Source: Bacteroidota bacterium (lineage in GTDB: Bacteria > Bacteroidota > Bacteroidia > 2-12-FULL-35-15). From it: a stretch of 64,000 nucleotides of DNA. The stretch spans positions 61,885 to 125,884 of the forward strand of contig CANIFU010000001.1 in NCBI GenBank assembly GCA_947466965.1. Reading direction: 5' to 3'. Shown piece after piece: positions 39,117-48,821 of the stretch; the first letter of the stretch is position 1, and every line of letters begins with the position of its first letter. The notes under the pieces are model-generated. The model searched no databases. It was given only the letters and a program-made list of their open reading frames with translations, and was not told the origin of the DNA. The translations under genes were made by a program, and so were the position numbers.

Positions 39117-40436
39117 ATGTCAAAAGAATTCAAACGTCAATCGGGCAAGGCCACAAAAGCTAAACCTTCCGCAAGAGGAAAAAAAAATGTTGATAAGGAT
39201 AAGAACCCTCCCTTCTCTAAAACAAATCCTTCCGTCTCCCAAGAAAAATCTGCTTCGTCAATAAAAGATCGAAGAGATAAACGCGATAATAAACCCGTTT
39301 TTGAACGTTACCGTGACGAATCTCGTCCTTCTGATTTTGGAGGTTCAGGAAAAAGAACTTCTTCACGTTCCGAAAATACCCGAAGTAAAAAAACAATCGA
39401 AGGTGATTCTTTCTCTTCAAAAAGTTCTGAGAAAACGGAAAGATATGGCCTAAAAGGCAAATCGCAAGGGAATACGAAGCCTTTCGTTAAAAAGCCTTTC
39501 AGTAAAGAACCGCGCTCATTTAAGAATACCCTTACTTCAAAAAATCCTTATGACATCGATGAGCGTGATTTTGAATTAGAGAAACCTAAATCCAGTTTCA
39601 GTGCAGACAAAGGGAAAGGCTTCAAAGGACGTGGATACGAGAAAAAACCTTATGTGAAGAAAACCTGGTCTGGCAAAAATACTACAGTAACAAAATCTAG
39701 AGAAGAGGATGATGGTTTGGTAAGATTGAATAAATATATCGCGAATGCTGGAATTTGTTCAAGAAGAGAAGCCGATGATTTGATTTCAACGGGTGTGGTT
39801 CAGGTAAATGGAAAAACAATCGTAGAAATGGGATACCGTGTTAAACCAACTGATATTATAAAATATGGTGGACAAACACTGAAAAAAGAACGCATGGTTT
39901 ATCTTATTTTAAATAAACCCAAAGATTATATTACTACTGCTGATGATCCTCAAAAGCGAAGAACTGTTTTGGAATTAATTCAAGGGGCATGTAAAGAACG
40001 CGTTTATCCTGTTGGTCGTTTAGATAGGGCTACTACCGGATTGTTAATGTTTACAAATGATGGTGATTTGACAAAAAAACTGACGCACCCCAAATTTGGT
40101 GTCCGTAAGATTTATCACGTTGAATTGGATAAACCATTAAAACGTGTTGATCTTGATAAGATCGCTCAAGGGTTGGAGTTGGAGGATGGTCCTATCAAAG
40201 TTGATGAGATTAGTTATGTTGCAAATGGAATTGACAAAACACAAGTAGGTGTTGAGATTCATTCAGGAAAAAATCGAATCGTAAGAAGGATTTTTGAACA
40301 TATGGGTTACAACGTGCGTAAACTCGACAGAGTAATGTTTGGTTCATTAACAAAAAAGGATCTTTCACGTGGTCGTTGGAGATTGCTTTCTGATGCTGAA
40401 GTAGGAATGTTGAAAATGATCAGCCCTGTTGAATAA
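39117..40436 (+). CDS. RluB/RsuA-family pseudouridine synthase with a long basic N-terminal extension
   Basis: S4 domain (VRLNKYIANAGICSRREADDLI) and a catalytic core (VYPVGRLDRATTGLLMFTNDG), preceded by about 200 aa of K/R/S-rich low-complexity sequence. Confidence 0.85.
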   Translation: MSKEFKRQSGKATKAKPSARGKKNVDKDKNPPFSKTNPSVSQEKSASSIKDRRDKRDNKPVFERYRDESRPSDFGGSGKRTSSRSENTRSKKTIEGDSFSSKSSEKTERYGLKGKSQGNTKPFVKKPFSKEPRSFKNTLTSKNPYDIDERDFELEKPKSSFSADKGKGFKGRGYEKKPYVKKTWSGKNTTVTKSREEDDGLVRLNKYIANAGICSRREADDLISTGVVQVNGKTIVEMGYRVKPTDIIKYGGQTLKKERMVYLILNKPKDYITTADDPQKRRTVLELIQGACKERVYPVGRLDRATTGLLMFTNDGDLTKKLTHPKFGVRKIYHVELDKPLKRVDLDKIAQGLELEDGPIKVDEISYVANGIDKTQVGVEIHSGKNRIVRRIFEHMGYNVRKLDRVMFGSLTKKDLSRGRWRLLSDAEVGMLKMISPVE

Positions 40437-40771
40437 GTTTTAACACTGCTAGATAAATTCCTCCTTTTGTCGCAATTACATTAAGTAACGTTATGTTTTT
40501 CAGTTCGATTAGCGGAACAGTCTGAAGCGAATAGAGAACGTTAAAGTTTCCATTTCTTAGGATTATATACCACTGTCTCATTTACCCAGCAAATTCTTGG
40601 GGCATATAAATCCGTAAATCAAATACGGGTTTTAGGGCGAACCACCCTGTTCATCCTTTTTATTTTTTTTCACACTAAACTTATCCACGTTGCGTTATTG
40701 ATAACATCTTGTTTATTAATAGGTATGCTTTCGTTTTTTGCCAAACTTTGTAAAGAATATAATTACGTATA

Positions 40772-43423
40772 ATGTATATCGAAAATCAAAATCTTATTCC
40801 TGATCAAACGCCGTCAAATTCATTTCGATTTTTGCGTTTCATGAAGCGGATTTTTATTTTTTTTACGCTGCTCATTTTCCTTATTGCCGGTGGTGCTTTT
40901 GTAATTGGATATTATTATCAGGACGAAGTAAAAGAATATGTAATTGCAGAATTAAATAAACAATTAAATACTGAAATTATAGTTGATGGTAAAAATATTG
41001 ATTTTACTGTGCTTCAGAATTTCCCCTATGCATCACTTAATTTTAATGATGTTAAAGCGATGGATGCGATCCCGCTTCAAAAAAAAGACACACTATTTTC
41101 AGCTGGTAAAATTTCATTTCAATTTAATGTGCTTGATATTTTTAAAAAAAATTATCAAGTTAAAAAAATTCAAATTTCGGATGTTAAGTTGAAATTGCGA
41201 ATTGATGAAAACGGAAATGATAATTACCATTTCTGGAAACCATCCGCCGATTCAATTAAAAATTCATTTGCATTCTCGTTGGAAGACATTGACCTGAATG
41301 AGATTCATGTTTCATTCAAAGGGCAACAAGCAAAACAAAATATCGAATTTCTGATAAAAAAAAGCAATTTATCAGGAAACTTTTCTGATGAAAAATATGA
41401 TCTTGAGACAGAATCTAATCTTTTTGTTAGCTTTATTAAATTGGACAATGTAAGTTATCTCAATAATAAAAATGTACATGCCAAATTATCCTTGAATGTT
41501 GAAAATTCAATAAAATCATGTAAAATTAAAATCGGAAAAATTAAAATAGAAGAACTTCTTTTTGAAGTTTTTGGCAGCATAATTAATAACGGAATCGAGC
41601 CAATAGTTAATTTCGGTTTAAAGGGTAAAGATATGAACGTTAAGTCTGTTTTGTCACTTATTCCTAATATATACAAAGGTAAAATAAATGATTATGAAAG
41701 TGAAGGTGCGTTTTATTTTGATGCTATTATAAAAGGTGCTGTTTCTGAACAAAATATGCCTCAGATTACTGCCAATTTTGGAATTAATAATGCTGAAATT
41801 ACTCAAGTAAATGATGATATCAGACTAAGTAAGGTGAATTTGAAAGGACATTATTTTAATGGAAACAAAAATACAAATGAGCCCTCTTTACTTTCGCTTA
41901 TGCCCTTTTCTGCTTCAATTGAACAGGGTACGATTGAAGGAGAATTATCGATTAAGCATTTAGAAAATCCATCCTTCTCCGGCAAAGTAAATGTAAGTCT
42001 GAAGCTGGAAAATCTTCAAAAGTTCATGAAGCTTGATACTATTGAGTCGCTAAATGGTTTGTTAGGCGCAGCTGTTTCATTTAGTGGGGAAGGTAGGAAT
42101 ATCAGTTCAGGGAACTACGATCATATTGCCACATCAGGTGATTTGAAGATTAGCAACGTAAATTTTAAATTGAAAAATTATACACTCGATTTTACCGGAA
42201 TTAATGGTGATTTTAAATTCGATAATAATGATCTTGAAGTGACTACATTTTCAGGAAATATTGCTCACAGCGATTTTCAGTTGAAAGGTTTTTTTAGAAA
42301 CATTATTGGTTTTGTATTAAAAGAAAATCAAAACATTCGTGTTGATGCTACCCTGACTTCTAAAAACATAGATCTGAATGAATTGCTTGCTAAAAAAGAA
42401 TCATACGCATCTTCCGGAAACAAATACAAACTTACCTTTTCGGATTTAATTGATTTGAATTTAAATAGTGATATTGAACATTTGGTTTTTAGAAAGTTTG
42501 ACGCAACAAATATTAAAGGAGTTATAAAGTTGAAAGATAAAAAGATGGTGGTAGATCCTATTGTGCTTACTGCAATGAATGGTAAAATTACTACAAGCGG
42601 ACTTATAGATGGAAGTGATACAGCTCGAATTTTAATTACTTGTTTCTCAGAGATAGATCGGATCAACATTGCAAAAATGTTTGAGGAGTTTGAAAATTTC
42701 GGGCAAACAGCTGTTACGTATAAAAATTTAAAAGGTGTTGCTGCCGCAAAAATTCAATTTGCATGTGTGCTCGATTCGGAGTTAAAAATGGATCTGGATA
42801 AATTATACGCTGGTGTGGATATGACTATTGATAATGGTGAGCTGAATAATGTGGAAGCAATTAAAAGTTTATCGCGCTTCATTGAGTTGAAAGATCTTGA
42901 AAATATTCGTTTTTCAACATTGAAGAATCAAATTGAGGTAAAGAATCAGGTTATTTCTATACCGAAAATGGAAATTAAATCGAATGCAATTAGTATTGTT
43001 GCATCCGGAACTCATACGTTTAATAATGTTATTAATTATAAGTTTAAGCTATCGCTAAACGAATTACTTTCAAAAAAAGCAAAGCAAGCTAAAAAAGAAA
43101 ATGATGAATTTGGTGAGGTTGCTGATGATGGTCTTGGACGAACAAATATATTTTTATCCATGACAGGCACAATTGAACATCCGGTTATTAAATACGATTC
43201 TAAAAGTGCAATTCAAAATGTGAAGCAGGATTTGAAAGTTGAAAAACAAACCCTAAAAGGGATTTTAAAGGAAGAGTTCGGTTTGTTTAAAAAAGATTCG
43301 TCCCTGAACAAGAAAACGATAAAAGAAGATCCAACGTTTATTATTAAATGGGAGGAAGCAGATAAGAAGGAGGAAAAGAAAGAGTTGAAAAAAACTAAAA
43401 AGCCTGAAGAAGAAGACTTTTAA
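40772..43423 (+). CDS. AsmA-family outer-membrane-biogenesis protein
   Basis: N-terminal TM anchor (FIFFTLLIFLIAGGAFVIGYYY), a long beta-rich body and a K/E-rich tail. An alternative start at the ATG at 40841 is plausible. Confidence 0.7.
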   Translation: MYIENQNLIPDQTPSNSFRFLRFMKRIFIFFTLLIFLIAGGAFVIGYYYQDEVKEYVIAELNKQLNTEIIVDGKNIDFTVLQNFPYASLNFNDVKAMDAIPLQKKDTLFSAGKISFQFNVLDIFKKNYQVKKIQISDVKLKLRIDENGNDNYHFWKPSADSIKNSFAFSLEDIDLNEIHVSFKGQQAKQNIEFLIKKSNLSGNFSDEKYDLETESNLFVSFIKLDNVSYLNNKNVHAKLSLNVENSIKSCKIKIGKIKIEELLFEVFGSIINNGIEPIVNFGLKGKDMNVKSVLSLIPNIYKGKINDYESEGAFYFDAIIKGAVSEQNMPQITANFGINNAEITQVNDDIRLSKVNLKGHYFNGNKNTNEPSLLSLMPFSASIEQGTIEGELSIKHLENPSFSGKVNVSLKLENLQKFMKLDTIESLNGLLGAAVSFSGEGRNISSGNYDHIATSGDLKISNVNFKLKNYTLDFTGINGDFKFDNNDLEVTTFSGNIAHSDFQLKGFFRNIIGFVLKENQNIRVDATLTSKNIDLNELLAKKESYASSGNKYKLTFSDLIDLNLNSDIEHLVFRKFDATNIKGVIKLKDKKMVVDPIVLTAMNGKITTSGLIDGSDTARILITCFSEIDRINIAKMFEEFENFGQTAVTYKNLKGVAAAKIQFACVLDSELKMDLDKLYAGVDMTIDNGELNNVEAIKSLSRFIELKDLENIRFSTLKNQIEVKNQVISIPKMEIKSNAISIVASGTHTFNNVINYKFKLSLNELLSKKAKQAKKENDEFGEVADDGLGRTNIFLSMTGTIEHPVIKYDSKSAIQNVKQDLKVEKQTLKGILKEEFGLFKKDSSLNKKTIKEDPTFIIKWEEADKKEEKKELKKTKKPEEEDF

Positions 43424-43611
43424 GGTTTTAATCGTGTCTTTTTATTTTTTTAGAAGAATGAAAAAAATATTTTCTTATGATTTGAATCGTGTTCACCTGT
43501 TATCAATTTTCCCTTTTAAAAAGAATGATTTTATAAATATTATACAGGTTATTTTAATTGACATTCCTCAATAAAAATCTGTAATTTTATAGCATAAAGC
43601 AAATTCGATTT

Positions 43612-45114
43612 ATGAGTATTTATTTAAAGAAGCAGCAATGGAAGTTGTGGTTGTTTATAGCAGCCATTGTGATAGTTGGGGCATCTTTGTGGTATACAAA
43701 TACATTGGTCAATAAGATTGCTCATGAAGAGCTTGTGAAAGTGAAACTATGGGCCGATGCAATAAAAAAGAAAGCAGAACTTGTAAAATATACAAATGAG
43801 CTTTTTAATAAAATAAAAATAGACGAACGTAAAAAAGTTGAATTGTGGGCTGAAGCAACACGTCAGCTTTCGCAAGATCTGAGTGATTATGGTTTTGTTT
43901 TAAAAGTTGTTTCCGATAATACTACCGTTCCGGTTATACTTACTGATGATCATGGAACAGTAATTACTTCCAGAAATCTTGATCCCGAAAAGGAAAATGA
44001 TAAAACATATCTGAAGCTTCAGATGCAAGCGATGCGTGCAGTTCAAGATCCTATTGAAATTATAATTTACAGAGGGCAAAAGAATTATTTATATTATCAA
44101 GATTCTAAATTGTTTTCTGAACTTAAAAATAATTTAGATGACCTTATCAAGTCCTTTATTTCTGAGGTTGCTGTTAATTCAGCTTCTGTTCCAGTTATTT
44201 ATACGGACTCCACGCGTCAGAATGTACTCGCTTCTGGAAATGTAGATTCCCTGAAAATTAAGGATCCGCTTTATGTGAAAGAAATGTTAACGCTGATGGC
44301 CTCGCAGAATGAACCAATAGAAGTAGAGATCGGTAAGGGATTTAAAAGTTATATTTTTTATAAAGAATCAATTCTTCTTACTCAGTTAAAGTATTATCCT
44401 TATGTAATGTTTACTATTATTGGTCTTTTTCTTCTTGTCGCCTATTTATTGTTTAGCACAGCTAGAAGAGTAGAACAGAATCAAGTCTGGGTGGGAATGG
44501 CAAAAGAAACAGCTCACCAATTAGGCACCCCCTTATCATCTTTGATTGCTTGGTTAGAATACCTTCGTTCTAAAGGCCTGGATCCAGAAACCGCTTCGGA
44601 GATAGAAAAAGATGTGAAACGTTTAGAAACCATCACTGAGCGCTTCTCAAAAATTGGTTCTGTTCCTAAATTGGATACCGTAGATCTCGTTATAGTATTA
44701 AATGATGCTGTGAATTATATGAAGTTAAGAACTTCTAAAAATGTATTATTCACAATTGATTCCGGAAATGAGAAAGAAGTCTTCGGGCAATTAAATGTTC
44801 CATTGTTTGAATGGGTAATTGAAAATTTAATTCGTAATGCCGTGGATGCGATGGATGGAATCGGTTCGATTTCAATTTCACTTTCAGATCAGACACAGTT
44901 TGTTTATATCGATATTTCCGATACTGGTAAAGGAATTCCGAAATCGAAATTTAAAACGGTTTTTGAACCTGGTTTCACAACTAAAAAAAGAGGTTGGGGC
45001 CTAGGGCTTTCTCTTACTAAACGAATTGTTGAAAATTATCATTCCGGAAAAATATTTGTAAAAAATTCAGAAATCGATATCGGAACAACCTTTAGAATTG
45101 TTCTAAATAAATAA
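43612..45114 (+). CDS. Sensor histidine kinase (2 TM helices, internally duplicated extracytoplasmic domain)
   Basis: H-box ETAHQLGTPLSSL, N-box ENLIRNAVDA, G-boxes DTGKGI and GWGLGLSL. No response regulator gene is adjacent. Confidence 0.85.
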   Translation: MSIYLKKQQWKLWLFIAAIVIVGASLWYTNTLVNKIAHEELVKVKLWADAIKKKAELVKYTNELFNKIKIDERKKVELWAEATRQLSQDLSDYGFVLKVVSDNTTVPVILTDDHGTVITSRNLDPEKENDKTYLKLQMQAMRAVQDPIEIIIYRGQKNYLYYQDSKLFSELKNNLDDLIKSFISEVAVNSASVPVIYTDSTRQNVLASGNVDSLKIKDPLYVKEMLTLMASQNEPIEVEIGKGFKSYIFYKESILLTQLKYYPYVMFTIIGLFLLVAYLLFSTARRVEQNQVWVGMAKETAHQLGTPLSSLIAWLEYLRSKGLDPETASEIEKDVKRLETITERFSKIGSVPKLDTVDLVIVLNDAVNYMKLRTSKNVLFTIDSGNEKEVFGQLNVPLFEWVIENLIRNAVDAMDGIGSISISLSDQTQFVYIDISDTGKGIPKSKFKTVFEPGFTTKKRGWGLGLSLTKRIVENYHSGKIFVKNSEIDIGTTFRIVLNK

Positions 45115-46244
45115 TGGCCGGAATCTATATTCATATCCCTTTTTGTAAACAAGCCTGTCATTATTGCGACTTTCATTTTTCAACTTCTCTGCAATATAAA
45201 ACTGCTTTCCTAGATGCATTGAAAAAAGAAATTATACTCCGTAAAAATTATTTGGAAAACGAAATTATTTCCACAATTTATTTTGGTGGAGGCACTCCCT
45301 CTCTACTTTCTCAAGCAGAATTATTGGGAATAATCGATTCCTTGAAACAAAATTTTGTGATACATCAGGATGCTGAAATTACGCTAGAAGCGAATCCAGA
45401 TGATTTGACGGATTTGAAAATAAAAGAGTTGAAATCCACTCCCATAAATCGTTTAAGTATTGGTATTCAGAGTTTTTATGATAAAGATTTGAAGTTGATG
45501 AATCGTGCCCATAGTTCTTCTGAAGCGCATAACTCAGTTAAGTTGGCCCAAGAGAATGGATTTAATAATATTACAATCGATCTCATCTATGGAATTCCAA
45601 CATTGACTCACAATCATTGGAGAAATAATCTAGAAATTGCTTTTGAATTAAATGTCAAGCATATTTCTGCGTATTGTTTGACAGTAGAGCCTAAAACCGC
45701 ATTGGCTCATCAGGTTAAAATTGGATCTGTTAAAAATGTGGATGAACAGCATAGTTCCGAGCAGTTTGAAATTTTGCTTGAGTCAATGCATACCAATGAT
45801 TTTATTCAATATGAAATTTCGAATTTTTGTAAAGATGGCGCTTATTCAAAACATAACAGCAACTATTGGTTGAAAGAAAAATATTTAGGTCTTGGTCCAT
45901 CGGCTCATTCCTTTAACGGCAAAAGCCGTCAATGGAATGTATCAAATAATGTCTTGTACATCCAATCAATTCAAAAGGACGAACTGAATTTTGAAAAAGA
46001 AGAATTAACCCCAGATCAGTGTTATAATGAATATGTTCTCACATCCTTAAGAACAATCTGGGGGATGGATTTAAAATACATCAGACAGGCTTTCGGAGAG
46101 CAATATATGAAATACTGTTTAGCGGAATCAGATTCCTATATTCGCTCAGGTCATTTGTTGAATCAAGAAAAAAAATTATATTTATCAGATAAAGGAAAAT
46201 TAATAGCAGATAAAATTTCAAGTGATCTTTTTAAAACAAACTAA
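45114..46244 (+). CDS. hemW: Radical SAM haem chaperone HemW (HemN-like, oxygen-independent coproporphyrinogen oxidase family)
   Basis: IYIHIPFCKQACHYCDF (CxxxCxxC) and a HemN C-terminal domain. Its ATG overlaps the kinase stop (TAATG). Confidence 0.88.
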   Translation: MAGIYIHIPFCKQACHYCDFHFSTSLQYKTAFLDALKKEIILRKNYLENEIISTIYFGGGTPSLLSQAELLGIIDSLKQNFVIHQDAEITLEANPDDLTDLKIKELKSTPINRLSIGIQSFYDKDLKLMNRAHSSSEAHNSVKLAQENGFNNITIDLIYGIPTLTHNHWRNNLEIAFELNVKHISAYCLTVEPKTALAHQVKIGSVKNVDEQHSSEQFEILLESMHTNDFIQYEISNFCKDGAYSKHNSNYWLKEKYLGLGPSAHSFNGKSRQWNVSNNVLYIQSIQKDELNFEKEELTPDQCYNEYVLTSLRTIWGMDLKYIRQAFGEQYMKYCLAESDSYIRSGHLLNQEKKLYLSDKGKLIADKISSDLFKTN

Positions 46245-46246
46245 TC

Positions 46247-47005
46247 ATGATTTCGAAAATAACTCACAAAGGAAAATCGTATTCTGTTGATCTGGGAAAT
46301 CCTTTCGATATTTCTATTCCCTTGAGAACTGGAGCTCAAAATGTAAATGCTTGGTATTCAAATCCTGTTAAAATAGAACCTGTTCGTATGGGCGATTGGA
46401 TTGGTGATGTGAAACAAGGCGGCTCCGTTAACTTTAGAAATATTTTTTTTAATCCCCATGGAAATGGAACACACACCGAATGTGTTGGACATATCAGCAA
46501 AGAAGATTATTCAATTAATCAAACCTTAAAAAAATTCTTTTTTATTGCTCAAGTTATCACTATTCTTCCCGATGAAACACCTGATGGAGATAAAATAATC
46601 ACTAGGCAGCATCTTGAAAATTGTTTGGGAGAAATTCGTCCTGAAGCCATTGTAATAAGAACATTGGATAATCATATTTCTAAGATCAACATGCAATATT
46701 CTAATACGAATCCTCCTTATATGGAAGAGGATGCTGCGTTATTCATTGATCAGTTAGGTATAGATCATTTATTGATTGACCTACCTTCTATAGATAAGGA
46801 AGCTGATGGTGGTAAATTATTAGCACATCATGCATTTTGGCAATACCCTCACAATACTAAAATTGAACGTACAATCACGGAAATGATCTATGTCCCCAAT
46901 ACTATTTATGATGGAACTTATTTGTTGAATATCCAAATTGCTAGTTTTGAAAATGATGCATCACCCAGCAAGCCCTTGCTATTTCAAATGAATACTGTTT
47001 TATAA
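46247..47005 (+). CDS. Cyclase-family protein (kynurenine formamidase-like fold)
   Basis: HGNGTHTECVGH resembles the HxGTHxDxPxH metal motif of the putative cyclase family. Confidence 0.7.
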   Translation: MISKITHKGKSYSVDLGNPFDISIPLRTGAQNVNAWYSNPVKIEPVRMGDWIGDVKQGGSVNFRNIFFNPHGNGTHTECVGHISKEDYSINQTLKKFFFIAQVITILPDETPDGDKIITRQHLENCLGEIRPEAIVIRTLDNHISKINMQYSNTNPPYMEEDAALFIDQLGIDHLLIDLPSIDKEADGGKLLAHHAFWQYPHNTKIERTITEMIYVPNTIYDGTYLLNIQIASFENDASPSKPLLFQMNTVL

Positions 47006-47086
47006 AAATACCGACTCCGCTCAGAATAACTTTTACCAATGTTTTTTGAAAGGAGCAGCTATAGAATCATCCTGACATAAACCTTT

Positions 47087-48544
47087 TTATTTCATCGTTA
47101 ATGTTACTCCAATTGTGAATGGGTATACTTGAGGTCCTTTGTCTTTTTTGAATAATCTGTTTAATCCATAATTTGCAAACAAGGTCAATTTGTTATAGCC
47201 AACTCTTGCTACAGCACTATAACGGAAAGGCTCTAGATTGAAATCATCATTTTGTTTGATATTGTAATGTTTGTCGTTGGCATCGTATTTTTGTTTTGTA
47301 ACGGCATAGATTCTGTAGGCGAATTCCCAGCCAACTGCAATGTGCAAATTTCTATTCGGTTTTTTGCTAGTGTTGAATTCAAGCATTAACGGAATTTTAA
47401 TATAGCTGACATTTAACTTATTTTTTTTGAAGTCAATTGTAGGATCTGTGCTTGCAGATAAATAGGATGTATCTCCATTTAATGTTATATTTTTCTGAAA
47501 TGCATAATGATTGAAATCAAAGCCAAAACCTGTTACTATGTTCACGTAATTTTTATAGATATGAAAATCTTTTTCGAAAAGATTTAAACCGAATTGTAAA
47601 GATTTTAAATAATCTAATTCTAAAAAGCTAGCACCTGGTGGGAGATTAATGTTGTTTTTATAATCCATTAAACCATTTACCCCGATCTCTAAGCCATTCC
47701 AGTGTTTAAAATCCCTTTTGTGTTTTTTTGTCGAATCTTTTTTGTCGAATCTTTTTTTGTAATCAAATTTTTCATCACCTTCACCAATGATCATATATTT
47801 TTTATTTCCAAGCTTAAATTTTGTGGTGTCGCTAGCCGTTTCATCGCCATTTCCAGTTTTACTTTCTCTTACAGAGCCGGATCCACTAATGTTAACTGTG
47901 CGGTCGATTGGGTTGCCTTTGTAAATAATAGATCCAGCACCTATTACTTCTGCATTCAAACTTTGAATTGCATTTATTTTAGCATCTCCAGCTCCTGAAA
48001 CTTTTGCTGAAATATTTGAGGCATTCAGATTTGAGGCATTTAAATTACCAGCTCCTAAAACAGTCGCGTCAAGCATTTGTGTTATTCCTTTTAATGAAAC
48101 ATCACCAGCACCGCTGATGTCTACTTTGATTTCATTTGCTTTTAAGTCTAATTGAATATCACCAGCGCCATTGGTAATAATAGTCAGTTTATCGCAAATC
48201 AATTGATTGGTACTTTTCACTTCAGTAGTGCCCGAAATATCAACATTTGAAAGTGTTTTGATAGAAATATCAATTGAGATGGCATCATTTCCTTTCAAAT
48301 TACCTTCTGTAGAAATGTTTAATATGCCATCCTTCACCTCCGTATTGACTTTAGATAAGAGCGCTTCTGTTGCATTAATTTTCAACATATTTACATCTCC
48401 TTGTGTAATGCTGATCGAGAAGGAGTCGCCTGATTTTATTCCTGTAAAATCGCCAATGTTTCTAGTTTGTTGAGCCGATATACTGAAGTAAAAAAAGCTT
48501 AAGGTTATTATTAAACTTAGAATTTTATTTTTTTTTGATTTCAT
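47087..48544 (-). CDS. GIN-domain (DUF2807-like) protein fused to a C-terminal outer-membrane beta-barrel-like region
   Basis: Signal peptide. Repeated ...ISGAGDV.../...LGAGNL.../...VSGAGDAKINA beta-helix-like units, then an aromatic-rich region with alternating hydrophobic residues, ending in FTIGVTLTMK. Confidence 0.6.
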   Translation of the reverse strand: MKSKKNKILSLIITLSFFYFSISAQQTRNIGDFTGIKSGDSFSISITQGDVNMLKINATEALLSKVNTEVKDGILNISTEGNLKGNDAISIDISIKTLSNVDISGTTEVKSTNQLICDKLTIITNGAGDIQLDLKANEIKVDISGAGDVSLKGITQMLDATVLGAGNLNASNLNASNISAKVSGAGDAKINAIQSLNAEVIGAGSIIYKGNPIDRTVNISGSGSVRESKTGNGDETASDTTKFKLGNKKYMIIGEGDEKFDYKKRFDKKDSTKKHKRDFKHWNGLEIGVNGLMDYKNNINLPPGASFLELDYLKSLQFGLNLFEKDFHIYKNYVNIVTGFGFDFNHYAFQKNITLNGDTSYLSASTDPTIDFKKNKLNVSYIKIPLMLEFNTSKKPNRNLHIAVGWEFAYRIYAVTKQKYDANDKHYNIKQNDDFNLEPFRYSAVARVGYNKLTLFANYGLNRLFKKDKGPQVYPFTIGVTLTMK

Positions 48545-48821
48545 AAATGATAGATTTTAGATGTTTATTGTTGAGAGGATTGAGCAATTAGTATAATTAC
48601 TGCGCTTAACTTTACGGCGTTTGATTTGTTTTTTGAATAGGACGCAAATGTTTTCAAAAAGTTATATTTTATATTTTTAAATTTAAGTTTCAAAAGCAAC
48701 AGGTTAGTTTGATGTCCCATCATCTTAATATTAACAAAATTAACAAATGCTTGTGTATAAGAGTTCTTTACAATTGTTTTTTATTTAGATTATTTATGCC
48801 ATATTTGTATATAATTCGATT

